64,000 nucleotides of DNA, from contig OZ316899.1 in the NCBI GenBank assembly GCA_973895155.1, forward strand, positions 8,988,287 through 9,052,286, given 5' to 3'. The notes under the pieces were generated by a model, which was given only the letters and a program-made list of their open reading frames with translations, did no database searches and was not told the origin of the DNA. Positions 47,272-61,056 of this stretch are shown here, one piece after another (within the stretch, counting starts at the first letter, position 1; the number at the start of each line of letters is the position of its first letter). The translations under genes and the position numbers were made by a program. Origin of the DNA: Marsupella aquatica. Its lineage: Eukaryota > Plantae > Marchantiophyta.

Positions 47272-49845
47272 CCCTGGGCCCTTAGCTTAACTAATATTGG
47301 ACCCCCCGTGCGAACAACTCAAGGGGTTTATAAATCCCTTTTTTGAATAATAGTTATAATCGCTTATAATGTAACAACCCTTCGTTTTATTGGGTTCCAT
47401 GTTATAATGAACCAAGGTGATCTAAAAAATAGGGTTCCAGTAGTTTTATGGAAGGGTAAAGCATATGAGGCCGCCACACGTCAATAACTCATTCATCCAC
47501 GTGTCATTACATCCTTGGTTTGGGGTGTGCAAACACATTTGAATTTTTGGGGGATAGGGGCAATTTTGCCTTTAGGGGGTCTCGTTTACCATTTATGGAT
47601 GACCAAAATGGTCTGCCGTCGATCTCTTTGATGCTCTATATCAAACGGTGTAGGGATATATATGGCCTTGTAGGGCCCTCGAAGGAGGAGGTCAAGTTGA
47701 CAACGTTGTTCAATGCGTGTTGCATTAGATGGGGATTCTATGATGCCCCAAGTGATAGAGAGAGTCTCAATCTAGAGTCACTTATGTACCTCGGTGGACA
47801 TTTATCACTTCTAGTGATCAAAGAATTGGTTTAAATGTAATAAGTTTTCCAATGCTTTAGACTCAAAGGATAACTTTCTTGTAAACAATGATGAATATGC
47901 TCAACAAACTATGGGACAAACTTAAGTGCAATGTGGACTTACAGTTTTCATAGATGACAGCGTAGGATGTTTACAACTTAAATTTGGATACTTGTATGCG
48001 TTTGTTTGAGTGGTGGACCTCGCCACCCAGCGCCCTCACCAATCCCAGCACTTGCGCCTAAGTGCCCTTGGTGCCCGAACGCCTCCACGGAATACCTCGA
48101 GCAAGTATCCAAATGCCTCTAGCACCTCCCGCGACCACTCCCATACGAAGCCCACTTGCTCACCTACACGACCACTACTCAACGGTCCTCACTGTCTGCA
48201 CAAGCAACCAAGCACCTCGGTAAGTAACCCCACCGGATCTAGAACTTGCCAAGTCTAGCATCCTAACTCAAGCTCAACAGACGTTGGTAAATAGGTCATC
48301 GATAGGTCCTCCCGATGCCATAAGCCGGAACCAGAACCCACGCCTGCTGTCCGTCCAGGACAACTCCTTCCTTGGGCGCGGCCCGGGTTCCCCCTCGTAC
48401 CTATCCATCACCAACTGACCGCCCTGACCTCAGGACATGCTCATGGCCCAAATAGCGTAGCTTGTCCTAAAGCTTGTCCCCAAGCTTGTCTCAACACACC
48501 GGGACCAGAACGGCCCCGACTCTAACACCGACTCCCGGTTCGCCCCACTGATGGTCTAGGGACCGAGGGCCCTTGGGACTCAGCCTCCACATCTACTTGG
48601 CCTTGCCTCCCCAACGCAAGCTCCCTTGGGAGGCTGAACGCGGCTTGGCTACTGTTCGGCAGGATTTGGCAAACGGGCGAGCTAACACCCGCAAACCACG
48701 AGAACCCATGGCACCCCCAGACCCAGCTGAGCTCAGGAGAGCGTAGTCCTCCTCAAGAGCTTTCCAACGCACCTAAGAAGTCCTCCAACAGACTTCCCGT
48801 TGGGAAGATATCGCCGTTTCCGTTTGGCGGTTTCCCTTAGATTCGCGACCGCCGCGGCTCACGACTGCGGCTCACCCTTAGCCCCCAGGGAGACACCACT
48901 CCCCTCATATATGCTTCTGGAGACCTGCCACCCCCGGACCAGCTTTTGTCCCTAAACATTTGGCCCCCAACCCGGATCCCATCGCGCATAATGGGCGCGC
49001 CACCAACTGGCAACGCCCATAACTTTCTTGATAGGCATCCGCAAGCGGAGTGCCTTAGCCGGTTGTGACCGGGCCGACCCACTGCTCATGCCTAGGCCCT
49101 CAGGTTTGATCGCCGCTCAGGGCCCCCGACCGGCCCAACCCGGCTCGGGCCACAACTTGCGCCCCAAGCGTCCGTTGCCAATGGCGTCAACTCCATTGGC
49201 CTTGGGCCCAAGAGGAGCTCACTTCCAAGCCCTCAGAACTCAAAGCCCATCCGACGGTCCGGACGGCCATCCATGAGCCCGACCCATTTCCCCTTGACCC
49301 GACCAGCCATAGGCTAGTCCAAGTCCTTAGTTTGTGTCCCCAGCTTGGCCCCTTGCCTCGCTAGTGCCACATCTCATTGCCCACAAGTCTCCCCATGCTA
49401 AGTCCTCCCCGGATGGCCTATCCGGGCCTGGACCATAAGGGAGCTCGGCGTCGGAGTCAGCGATGCCGGAGCTAAGTGTTAAGGTAGTCGAGTTCCGCGA
49501 CTGTTTGACTCTTAAATGCCTTGACTCCTACCTTCTTGCGAGGAAGTGTGTACATAAAGAATATGTTGTTCCTGTTTTTGCTTTTGATAATGTGAAATGT
49601 TTATTCCAATCTGTTTGACTTAGAATCTCTTTGACAGGATTTTTTTTATAACACCTGAAGAGCATATTTAATGTCATTTTGATGAAGATTATAATAGCCC
49701 AAAGGGCTTTTTGAATGACCCAAAAGTAATTTATTAATACTAATAAGAGTTTTTTAAAAGGGCAAAAAATAGTACTGAAGGGGTTTGGAGGGAAGGGGCG
49801 TTCACAGACGGGTTCCATTAATATACACGAAGTAAGGGCCCAGGG
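47272..49845 (+). mobile_element. Non-autonomous relative of the P-like element (~1.07 kb without the nested solo LTR)
   Basis: TIR CCCTGGGCCCTTA at both ends; perfect 8-bp TSD CAGAGATT; first ~65 bp align with 25602-25670. Confidence 0.9.
48009..49502 (-). mobile_element. Solo LTR (AGT...ACT family)
   Basis: Perfect 5-bp TSD GTTTG (48004-08, 49503-07). Confidence 0.92.
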
Positions 49846-51247
49846 CAGAGATTGTTGACTATGAATGTGAAGAGGCAGTTGTTAGCCAAGCAAATCAGCC
49901 AAAACGCAAATACTGACAATCTTAACCTCACCTGGTGGGTGTTGCAATGCAGCACCAAATACCGAGCTGCGCGGGTAGCTCCAAGGTCACACGCTGCAAT
50001 GTAGTGGTCCCCAATCTTCATTTGCAAGTAGGAAACATGCATCACAAAGCACACAAAATCAGTCACAGGTCTTAGTCTCAGCTCCCGGCTCCAAACTCTT
50101 GGCTCCCAATTTGCAAGAGCAAGCATTGTCAAAATATGGATTCCCACACTATGCAAAAGCTGTATGGCGCAACTAGATGGACCCAACAAGCTAGAAATTT
50201 GGGAAACCATGGTAGAGAGCTCATTATGCGCCGCACTAGAAGAAAAATGATACACAATTCCTAAAGATGGCTCATGAACTGGCAGAAGGGGCAGCATGGC
50301 GAGAAGTAGAAAAAATAGACAAGTTTGAGATTCAAAAAACTAACAGCCACAAATTTGCTTGAATCTGCTTGCTTTTAATAGTATTGAATGTTGCTCACCA
50401 CTCACATAGCTCCCTGTACTGCCTTAAACCCTATCTGTGGTGAGGTGAAGTTGTTCCGCAATGCATAAAACACCCGCAGCATGACTTAGATGCAATTTGT
50501 ACAAAGCTTGACCATGTCACTCGCAACTCACGACAGTGGTGTTTAAGCAAATATTGTCGTAGCTCAAGCACACTAAGCTTGCAAGAAGTAAAAGAGCTTT
50601 TGTTAGCAGCAACAACTTACAAAGTCAATGACCTCCCCTGTGAGACTGATTGAAAGACCTCAATACAATTACTAAAAGTAGGGGGACAAAATAGGGAGAA
50701 GCCTTTGGCAGTTTGGGATGGTGAGGATTGTAAACACTTAGGGCAAGGCCCGCAAGAAGGTCACTAAGTCCAAATGAGCCGCAACCTTATTGCCCAAAAC
50801 CGCACAAACTCAAAGTTGAAATTAGCACTAAGAGGTAGCAAGCTACAAAAAAGCATTTCCCAGATTCTTGATGCATGGCATCGAAGCTCATTCCACATAG
50901 AAAACCAAAGCCACTACCAAAACTAACTTGCAAATGGAAGTTTGGACTAACCAGGGCGATTCAGGGCAATTCAATGTCACTATGGCAGGTGCATTGATGC
51001 TCGTAGCTGCCATGTACCTTAGTGCTCCTAGCAGGTGTACGGTTGCAACTTCAACCTCCCAAGTAAGCTTGGTCCCAGCCGGTCAGTCTTATGTGAATCT
51101 TGGCCCACGTCGTCTCACTCCCAAGCTGTTAGCTCTCAGGCTGGAGACAAATCAATCATCTTCACTTGGACTTTTTACCTTTGCGCCGAAAGCTATCATT
51201 GGCCTCCAATGCTTCTCAGAGTCGTGGAACTCAACTACCTTAACACT

Positions 51248-53573
51248 CACTAGTACATTTTACCTCCTTTTTCTGATTCTCTCCACATTGGACATCTTTG
51301 TAAAACAAAATATGAAAAAACCATACATCCAATTCTGCCGGCATCGTAACATGCCATGATAAAAGTATCGGATATTGACAATCAGACTTCTATCGGAAAG
51401 TCCAATGCTAAGAGAATGGGAAAGTCCAATGTTGGGAGAATGGGAAAGTCCGATGATGGGAGAATGAGAAAGTTCAAAACAATGAAAATAGGATACGCAT
51501 TGGAGCGAACGCAAGGTGCTCAGGTCACCCATCTCTTCCTTTGGATTTTTACTTTCATTTTTCAACCACAAGCGAGGTGCTCATCTCCTTTGACATTACA
51601 ACTGTTCATTCATCAAATAAGTGGTCACCCATCCCAATTGCTATTCCTCCAACATGAGCTTAACTTTGTGGTTCTTATCCCTCACAATGTACATGCAAGC
51701 TTAACACTTTTATTGTTTGACTTGGAGTATTTAGGGATTTTATACACTTCTAAAATTATTAAGACCCATAATTTGGACCTAAGATGGGCAGAGTTAGGAG
51801 AGGCCGGCAGGCAACATGCAACAATGCAGCCCAGGCCAGGCTAGAGGCAATTGGGGTCAACAAAAACACAGCCCGGGCCAGGGAAATGAGGACGCAACGA
51901 TAGTGGCAAGGGTGAAGCAAAGATGCAACCAGTGCGCCTCGACTATGGTGACAAAGAAATGGAGGAGGGGAGGAGAAATGGAGCAGCCGACCCACCCCTC
52001 TGCAAACTAAACGTACTGAGGGTTCAAAATGTAATCGTGAGGGAAGCGACAATCGTCCGATGGGGAGACCAAAAGAAATCTCAAACATCGGATCTTCAGT
52101 AGTTAACCTCAGTTACTTTTATTAACCGATGACTTAAAAGAGTGGCAGACTGATAAATACAAGAAAAAGAGTGGCAATGTAGTGATTATGCCACAAAAGA
52201 GTGACATTCTAATAAATCCCACTTTTGCTCTATCACGATATTGCATGTTTGCATCGAGTGATCTATAATTACAATTACTCTCTTACATTCCCTTGGAGCA
52301 ATCAATAGAAATTTGGGGTCATTTGTGGATAGTAAAGCCCTCCTCCATCCAACTTGACATGGGATCATTATAATTTATTAATTAGTTATGGAAGATTAAT
52401 ATTTTGGTCCTTCCAAAGCCTTTGCGTCAAGGGCAGCTCCCGATTGTCTCATCTTTCATCAACTATGTTGTTGTTGGACTTGCAACAAAGATTGCATGGG
52501 ACAAGCAATCTCCTTTTAGATGATCAATTTTTGATTTTGCATGTTGAGCAAATATTGCCAAAAATCAATCTATTCATTAAAAGTGAATTATTATTCAATT
52601 CGAGAACATTTGGGCAATAGAAAGTGTACATTTGGCTTTCAAAAAGTGTACATTTGGGCAAGAAATAAAAGTGATGGCCATCAGACATACCACCATGTTC
52701 ATCTTTTATAAATGAACTAGGATGAGACTCCTTCTAGTAAAGATCATTTTTTCTCCCTCAAGTTTACAATTGACTATTTAGGTGTAGAGTATTGTACTAT
52801 AGTATACCTTTTGGGGTTAAAAAGTGTACATTTAGAGACCCAAAAGTGTACATTTCGAGGCCTAAAAGCGAACAAAATAAAATACACTTTTAATGAATAG
52901 GTGATTAAAAGGGAACAATATTTTGGGGTCTTGGAAGGAGGCAAGAACAACATTCAATTAAGTCCATTTGCCTCAAGTATGACGTCATTCAAGCATGCAA
53001 GAATGATTATATCCTCTTTTAGGAAGATTATGTCGGTGCAACTACATGCCCCATCTAACACATCAGGACTTTCCATTCTAACACAATAAGAATTTGTCTT
53101 TTTGCCAAAACAAACATTTCCCATTCTCTCAACATCGGACTTTCCCATTCTAATAGCATCAGTCTTTCCTATTCTCCCAACATCGGACTTTCCCATTCTC
53201 TCAGCATCGGACTTTCCCATTCTCTCAGCATCAGACTTTGCCATTTTACCACAATCGGATATAATATCCATTCTTATCAACTAAGGAACTTTTCCGATCA
53301 ATATCAAAATGCACATCATTTTCGTTACAAAAACAATTGGACATATCAATCAATTTCTTTTAGGGGATCCGATGTGTTTTGTAATGGATATGATCCGTTT
53401 TTTACCGCATTGGAAAGGTACCGTTGTTAATTACATTGGAAATGAAGATATCCAAAGCCGAGAGTATGGTATATTGCCATTTTGTGATAATGGGAATTTC
53501 CGATTCTAAAAGAATTGGACGCCAATTGTTTGCAAAAATTGAGCATCGGAAATCAGCTAAATATGTACTAGTG
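51248..53573. mobile_element. Non-autonomous CACTA element inside the 5' LTR
   Basis: CACTAGTACAT TIRs; 3-bp TSD ACT; 24-bp subterminal repeats (GGGAAAGTCCGATGCTGAGAGAAT) at ~51390-51480, inverted at ~53115-53250. Confidence 0.95.
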
Positions 53574-55319
53574 ACTTAGCTCCGGCGATGCTGACTTTGA
53601 CGCCAACCTTCCTTATGGTCTAGGCCCGAATAGGCCATCCGGGGAAGACTTAGCATGGGGAGACTTGTGGGCAATGGGACGTGGCACTAGCGAAGGCAAG
53701 GCTCCAAGCTGGTGACACACAGTAAGGACTTTGACTAGTCGAGTGCTGGTCGGGTCAAGGGGAAAGGGGCCATGTTCAAGGTCAACCATCCAGACCCCCA
53801 AACAGACTTTGAGTTCTGAGGCCTTGAGTGAGAACTCCTCTTGGGCCCAAGGCCAATGGAGTTGACGCCATGGGCAATGGACGCTTGGGGCACGAGTTAT
53901 GGCCCGATCCGGGTTTGGCCAATTGGGGGCCCCGAGCGGCGATGAGATCTGAGGCCTAGGCATGAGCACTGGGTCGGCCTGATCACAACGGGCTAAGGCA
54001 CTCCGCTTACGGATGCCTAACTAGGAAGTTATGGGCGTTGCCAGTTGGTGGCGCGCCCAGACATGCGAGATAGGATCCGGGTTGTGGACCAAAACGTTGA
54101 GGACCAAAGTTGGTCCGGGGGTGGCAGGTCTCCAAAAGCATATATGAGGGGAGTGGTGTCTCCCTGGGACCTAAGGGCGAGCCTAAGTCGTGAGCCGCGA
54201 CGGTCGCGACACTAAGGGAAAATGTCAAATGGAAACGGCGATATCTTCCCAACAGGAAATCCGTTGGAGGTCTTCTTGGGTGCGTTGGAAAGAACTCAAG
54301 GAGGGCTACGTCCTCTTGAGATCATATGGGTCTAGGGGTCCATGGGTTCTCAAGGTTTGCGGGTGTTATCTCGCCCGCTTGCCAAATCCTGCCGAAATAG
54401 TAGCCAAGCCACGTTCAGTCTCCCAAGGGAGGTTGCATTGGGGACGCAAGGCCAAGTAGGTGTGGAGGTTGAGTTCCAAGAGTGCTTGTCCCCTAGACCA
54501 TCAGTGGGGCAAGAACCGGGACTTAGTTGCTAGAGTCGGGGCCATTCTGGTCCCGACGTGTTGGGAATGGCTTGGGACGAGCTTTAGGACAAGCTACGCT
54601 TTGGCCCATGAGCATGTCCTGGGGGGAAAGGCGGTCAGTTGGTGATGGATAGGTTTGAGAGGGAACCCGGGCGGCACCCAATGAAGGGGCTATTCTAGAC
54701 AAATAGTAGGCATTGGTTTTGGTTCCGGCTTATAGCATCGGGAGGACCTATCGCTAACCTACTTACCAATGTCTATTGAGCTTGAGTTAGGATGCTAGAC
54801 TTGGGGAGATCTAGATCCTAAAGGGTTACTTACTGAGACGCTTGGTTGCTGGTGCAGACAATGAGGACCGTTGAGTAGCAGTCGTGTTGGAGAGCAAGTG
54901 CGACTTTATATGGGAGGGGCCGCTGGTGGTGCAAGGGGCACTAGGTTGCTTGCTCGAGGTATGCCATGGAGGCGTTCAGGCACCAGGGGCACTTAGCCGT
55001 GAGTGCTAGGATTGGTGAGGGCACTGGGTGGCAAGGTCCACCACTTGTGTATCAGAGCGATTGTTGGCATAGACACCGGGCCAGGGTTGTGCTAAGTTAG
55101 AATCCAAAAATCTTAACGGATTTTTGTAGGGACTTAGTGCTTCAACGTGCCCGTGGGTCAACTGCGGGCAGATTCAGTTGCTAGAGACATGGCTTAGAAC
55201 ACCCGATCAAAGAGTGGCAAGTAGGCTCCCCCCACCAAGGGGAGAGCCCAAGTTCAAGAAGAATAGAAGGAAGATGGGTTGATTCCCAAGACAAACGTCA
55301 CAAGCAAGACGACAAGGAT

Positions 55320-56705
55320 GTGGCGGCCAAACTCTCAACTGCCGCGACAAACACGTCAAGTGCAGAGCGCCGTCAACTTAAAGGGAAGGAGGTGGCCAAT
55401 CCTCCAAAGGACAAGCCAGAAAATGATGGCTCCAACTTGGATGGAAGCAATGACAATGCAGAAGCTGAATCGAAGGAAGAGGGTCAGGACCCAAAAGAGG
55501 AATTGATCCCAGCCCTGAGAGGGTTGGATGCGGAACCAAAGGATGATGTCAAGCCGGATGTCATCATGGATAATTTGACCAAGAAGAACCAGGGCAATGT
55601 GGATGATGCCTCAGCCCTAGGAGGTCATGGTGCCCACAGGTTGCGGGGGGTGTCACCAAAGTCCACTAGAGAACCTAAGGGCAAGCGGTCCGCAAAGGAA
55701 AGATGGTTGGAGGACCGCCCTCATACAACCCGCAAGGGCCCAACTGCGGACAACGGTTTGGGTCCATTAACTCAAGACCAACGACTCATTTATGAGCACT
55801 TGGAACACAACAAGGGGGCCCAGATTAAGTACTTACTTAGTCTGGGTAGTCAGAGTGTGACACATCTCGAGGGGGGAATGGTAGTTGGACGGAGTATGTT
55901 CCAAGTGAACTAGCTACCGACTCCCCAGCCCCACAATGGAGAAGCAAAGCGTAACCGAAAGGCCGGCAACTTCAAGAAAGGAACCTCATTGGCGCAAAAA
56001 GCAAAGAAGCAGGCGCTCATGGAGCAGAGGTGGGCTGAAGGTTTGTGCTACACGTGTGGCGCCATGGGCCATCAAAGTAAGGATTGCCCCTCAAAAGGGG
56101 CCAAGACAAGCAAAGATGGGGGGCAGAAGGGCATTAAGGTAAGTATCGCTCTAACCGAACCCTTAGTAGTTGACGAGGTCCCTATAGGGAATATTCCTAC
56201 CGGAGAGAAGGTGTTGTTGCAAGAGAAGATACCTAAGGTTAAGACAATGGATCCTGACAAGCTGATTTTTGTGAATGTCACTTCTAACGGTAATTTGGGT
56301 GTTGCTTTGGTGGATACAGGCGCGCCGCTTGCTTCATAAGTGGGCAGGCGACGACACATCTTGGGGTGGACGTGCAAGAGTTGCTCCAGCCGTTAGTGTA
56401 CAAGTTCGCCAACAACATGAAAGGGATGGTGTCAAGAGTGGTACATAGACTTTGAGTAGAGCTCATAGGCAAACAACAAAATTTTGTTAGTCATGAGATG
56501 TTCTACGGTCTAGACGATCTAGCTCTAGACTTCATTTTGTTGATAGGTTACCTCAAAAAGCACAATGTTACCTTGAAACCGGGGGATGAAGTGCTCAATT
56601 TTCCCAATAAGGGCGGTGAGCCCATTGTTGTACACAAAATTACTGAAAACAAAGAATGATTTCTCAAAGTAAGTAAAGTGTCGTGGTTGTCTCCGTGTGT
56701 ATTGG
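55320..56705 (+). pseudogene. Gag (CYTCGAMGHQSKDC) and protease (LVDTGA) of the chromovirus
   Basis: Zinc knuckle and DTG motif; stops present. Confidence 0.8.
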
Positions 56706-58191
56706 AGTCGTGGAACTCGACTACCTTAACACTTAGCTCCGACGTCGCTGACTCCAATGCCGAGCTCCCTTATGGTCCAGGCCCGGAGAGGCCATCCGGG
56801 GAGGACTTAGCACGGGGAGACTTGTGGGCAATGAGACGTGGCACTAGCGAGGCAAGGGGCCAAGCTGGGGACACACACTAAGGACTTGGACTAGCCTATG
56901 GCTGGTCGGGTCAAGGGGAAATGGGCCGGGCTCAAGGATTGCCGTCCGGACCGTCGGATGGACTTTGAGTTCTGAGGGCTTGGGAGTGAGCTCCTCTTGG
57001 GCCCAAGGCCAATGGAGTTGACGCCATTGGCAACGGACGCTTGGGGCGCAAGTTGTGGCCCGATCTGGGTTGGGCCGGTCGGGGGCCCCGAGTGGCGATC
57101 AGACCTGAGGGCCTAGGCATGAGCAGTGGGTTGGCCCGGTCACAACCGGCTAAGGCACTCCGCTTGCGGATGCCTATCAAGAAAGTTATGAGCGTTGCCA
57201 GTTGGTGGCGCGCCCATTATGCGTGATAGGATCCGGGTTGGGGGCCAAATGTTTAGGGACCAAGGGGGTGACAGGTATCCAGAAGCATATATGAGGGGAG
57301 TGGTGTCTCCCTGGGGGCTAAGGGCGAGCCAAAGTCGTAAGCCGCGGCGGTCGCGACACTAAGGGAAACCGCCAAACGGAAATGACGATATCTTTCCAAC
57401 GGGAAGTCTGTTGGAAGACTTCTTGGGTGCGTTGGAAAGATCTTGAGGAGGGCTACGTCCTCTTGAGATCAGCTGGGTCTGGGGGTGCCATGGGTTCTTG
57501 TGGTTTGTGGGTGTTAGCTCGCCCACTTGCCAAATCCTGCCGAACAACAGCCAAGCCGCGTTCAGTCTCCCAAGGGAGCTTGCGTTGGGGAGGCAAGGCC
57601 AAGTAGGTTTGGAAGCTGAGTTCCAAGGGTGCTCGGCCCCTAGACCACTGGTGGGGCGAACCAGGAGCGGTTGCTAGAGTCGGGGCCGTTCTGGTCCCGG
57701 CGTGTTGGGACAAGCTTGGGACAAGCTTTGCGACAAGCTACGCTAATTGGGCCATGAGCATGTCCTGGGGTCAGGGCGGTCAGTTGGTGATGGATAGGTA
57801 CAAGGAGGAACCCGGGCCGCGCCCAAGGAAGGAGCTGTTCAAGAAGAACAGTGGGCGTGGGTTCTAGTTCCGGCTTATGGCGTCGGGAGGATCTATCGCT
57901 GACCTATTTACCAACGTCTGTTGAGCTTGAGTTAGGATGCTAGACTTGGCGAGTTCTAGATCCTGAAGGGTTACTTACCAAGGTGCTTGGTTGCTTGTGC
58001 AGATAGGGAGGACCGTTGAGTAGGGGTCATGTTAGAGAGCAAGTGCGGCTTTGTATGGGCGGGGCCGCTGGCGGTGCAAAGGGACACTAGGTTGCTTGCT
58101 CGAGGTATTCCGTGGAGGTGTTCGGGCACCAAGGGCACTTAGGCGTGAGTGCTGGGATTGGTGAGGGCGGTGGGTGGCGAAGTCCTCCACT
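56706..58191 (+). mobile_element. Solo LTR (AGT...ACT family) inserted between protease and RT
   Basis: TSD attgg/atcgg; removal restores the frame ...LSPCV(L/S)AKQWW... Confidence 0.9.
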
Positions 58192-58457
58192 ATCGGCAAA
58201 GCAATGGTGGAAAGACTTCAAGGGTGGACATGAATGTTTTTTCTTTCATCTCCACCCAATTAAAGAGGCTGCTTTGCTGCCAAAGGTTAAGTCAGCTAAG
58301 GTCAGGCCCGACTGCGGTCAAATTCTTGAAATTTTAGAGAAATTCAATGATGTGCTCTTGCAGAAGCTACCTAAAGGTTTACCCCGCAGAGAGAAGTGAA
58401 TCACCAAGTTGAGTTGGAGCCAGGTTCAGCTCCTCAGTCTAAAGCTGCTTATCGTCT

Positions 58458-61056
58458 CACTAGTAGAAATACCCTCTATTTTTGACCAAACCACTATTGA
58501 CTAATGTGACAAGGTTATGGAAGTTTAGGGAGTTATCACTACATATGTCTTAAGTATCACTTCTACAAACTATCCACTCATTTGTTGCGACTCCTTCATA
58601 AGATAAATGGCAAGTCCACTATCCAAGCCAAATGTCTTAGTGCTAAGTACTTATGTGAGTGAGTGCTAATCACCAATTGCCAAACATTCAAGCTTTTAAT
58701 GTGAGAAAGTCTCAAATAGTAGAGGTACCCCATTAGGTGAGCCCCTTACATGTCACTGGCTCCTTTACATGAGCCCCTTGCATGTCACTAGCTCCCTTAC
58801 ATGTCATTGGCTCCTTTACATCAGCCCCTTACATGTCATTGGCTCCTTTACATGAGCCTCTTGCATGTAACTGGCTCCCTTACATGTCACTGGCTGAGTA
58901 CATTAGTACTCTCCACCCTTGTGTGCGGGAGCGAAAGTTTAAGGTCTTCGTCCGCAGAGAGGGTTTAGCGAGGGGAGGGGAGGGGAGGAGGAGCGAATGA
59001 GGTGACTATCGATAGTCGATAGTCGATAGTCGATTGATCAAGGAGGGAGGAGGAGCGAATGAGGAGTGTGTCGGGATTTCTTCTCGCTACCACTCTTACT
59101 AGCGCTTTTAGGGAGGCGGAAGTGTTTACGACCACACTTGAAGCGCAACGGCAGCGATTTTCAGTCGAGTGCTAAGTGCGAGAGCGAGTGCTCCCCGAAG
59201 GCATTGCGGGGGCATTGCGGTCAGTTATTTTAGGGTCGGAGCATAAGTTTGTGGTGTGGGGGTCCGTCTTCCGCCATCTGCTTTGTAAGTACTTACCTCT
59301 GACTTTGCCATGCGCAGCATTGGAATGGAGCTTTGCATGTCTGCTATCACAATGCTTGCTCTCGATAGAAAGTGACAATGCGCAAATGCGCCCTAGACTT
59401 ACTCTTTGCCTTGCGCGAAGCCTTGCTGTGGTCATGGTAGTCATCCAACACCTCTACAAAGTTGAGCTGCGGTGCGGTCATCTCCGTCTCTCGGTAGGGT
59501 CTGATTGTTGCTATTGCCTTGCTTTCTTTCTCTTTGATATGCTACGGTAGGGCTAAGTTCTACTGGGTTCCCTGAGTTCTACAGGGTTTCCTCTCTTGCT
59601 CAATTCTCTCCTTGCTCTCTCTCGCCCTCTCTCTCGGTCTCGCTCGTCCATCATCTCCGCTCTCCATTGTCCTCTCTCCTGCAGATTTTTCTCACTCGCG
59701 ATCCTCAAGTACGTACAAAATCTCTCCCTCTCTTATGCACGCCCATCACTATAGCAATCTGAGGTCGGGGCCGGGGTCAAACTTGGATTTCACTATGGAA
59801 ATGTAGATCAAAGTATATTGTCGGCACTTTCATTCTGCTTTGGCTGTGAAGCTTGAATCCCCACCATCCTTATACACTAGTATTCTAGTGTGCGGAAGTG
59901 TTGTGCAGAACTAAGGTGGGGTGCGGGGGGTTTTTCTTTGCCTTTGCTGAGCTGCGATTTCAACTCAACGGTCCTGTATTCTATGTACAGGACATTAGTC
60001 AAATGTGATACTCTATAATGTACTCCTCCATGGACAACGGATGAGCCACAGAATTGATGAGCCACACTCTGTCTGTGGCACTTGCAGATCAATTTTCCAC
60101 CCGTTCAAGAGCTTTCTCTTTTGCCAAGCTAGGCACAAAGAAATCATTCCAGGGTTTCTCAACTCCTGAGGTCTGCAATCACTCAGAGCCCTCTGCATTG
60201 TCATTGCTTTGTCTTCACTGGTGGTCTCAGGGTCGAGCGTTTGTGCTGCCATTGCCAATATTTTAATTTGTTGCTCTTAGACTCGCATGTTTGCTTCAAT
60301 ATGCTACTCTACAACTAAGTTCTATTGGGTTCTTTGACTTGTGAATTCCTTTATTCAACTGTGAAAATGCTAGCCCAACAATTGTCCACTTTTATTCTAC
60401 ACAATCTTTCAGGATTAGCAATCGAGTGTCCAATCTTAGAGTCCTGGGTCTTCTCGCACATTTGTACCAGCTTTGGTTTGACTACTTCAACACTGAGCAG
60501 AATTTTCTCCTTGCTTAATTCTCTCCTTGCTCTCTCTCCGTCCGTGTGTCTCTCTCCACTTTGTTAGTACTCTGTTTGTTTGTCTTTGCTCACCATCATC
60601 TTCTCTGCTGCAAAATTCTCTCTCTCTCAATCCTCAAGTATACTCTGTTTTTTGATGGATTGCTCATATTTTTACTCTGTTATTATGCCATTGTTAGTTG
60701 GATTGGTGCTTTTGTGGCATGAATGACTCAGTCTCGAATATGAATGACATCATTGTCTATGGAAACTAGTGCGGTCAAATCCGTGTTACCAATCACTCAT
60801 GGAAAACCCTATATGACTCGAATTAAGTCATTCTAAACACTTATGTTTGACTGATGTATAGATCTAAATACTTGAGCCTCTAGTCACTAAAAAGACTATT
60901 GACACTAGTCAATAATATGACTAAGTCAATCCAAGTCACCACTTTTACGACTACTAGTTGCAAGAACGACGTCAGTGATTTAATGTCATAGATGACCGGT
61001 TTTAGTCATAGTCAGTCGTATTTTATGGTCAAAAATAGGGGGTATTTCTACTAGTG
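58458..61056. mobile_element. Non-autonomous CACTA element inside pol
   Basis: 31-bp TIR CACTAGTAGAAATACCC(T/C)CTATTTTTGACCA; TSD TCT; internal ~20-bp tandem repeats at 58735-58895. Removal restores KAAYRLNL...QGFIHRSKSPYGA. Confidence 0.95.

Noticed and set aside
50640-51218. TGAGA...TCTCA segment as the 5' LTR of the chromovirus
   Set aside because: No second copy in the window, and the 1.49-kb repeat at 51220 lacks the TSD it would need as an insertion. Not fully excluded until the 3' LTR is seen.
51356-53284. Repeat-containing ORFs (RMGKSD...) in the non-autonomous CACTA
   Set aside because: They are translations of the 24-bp subterminal repeats.
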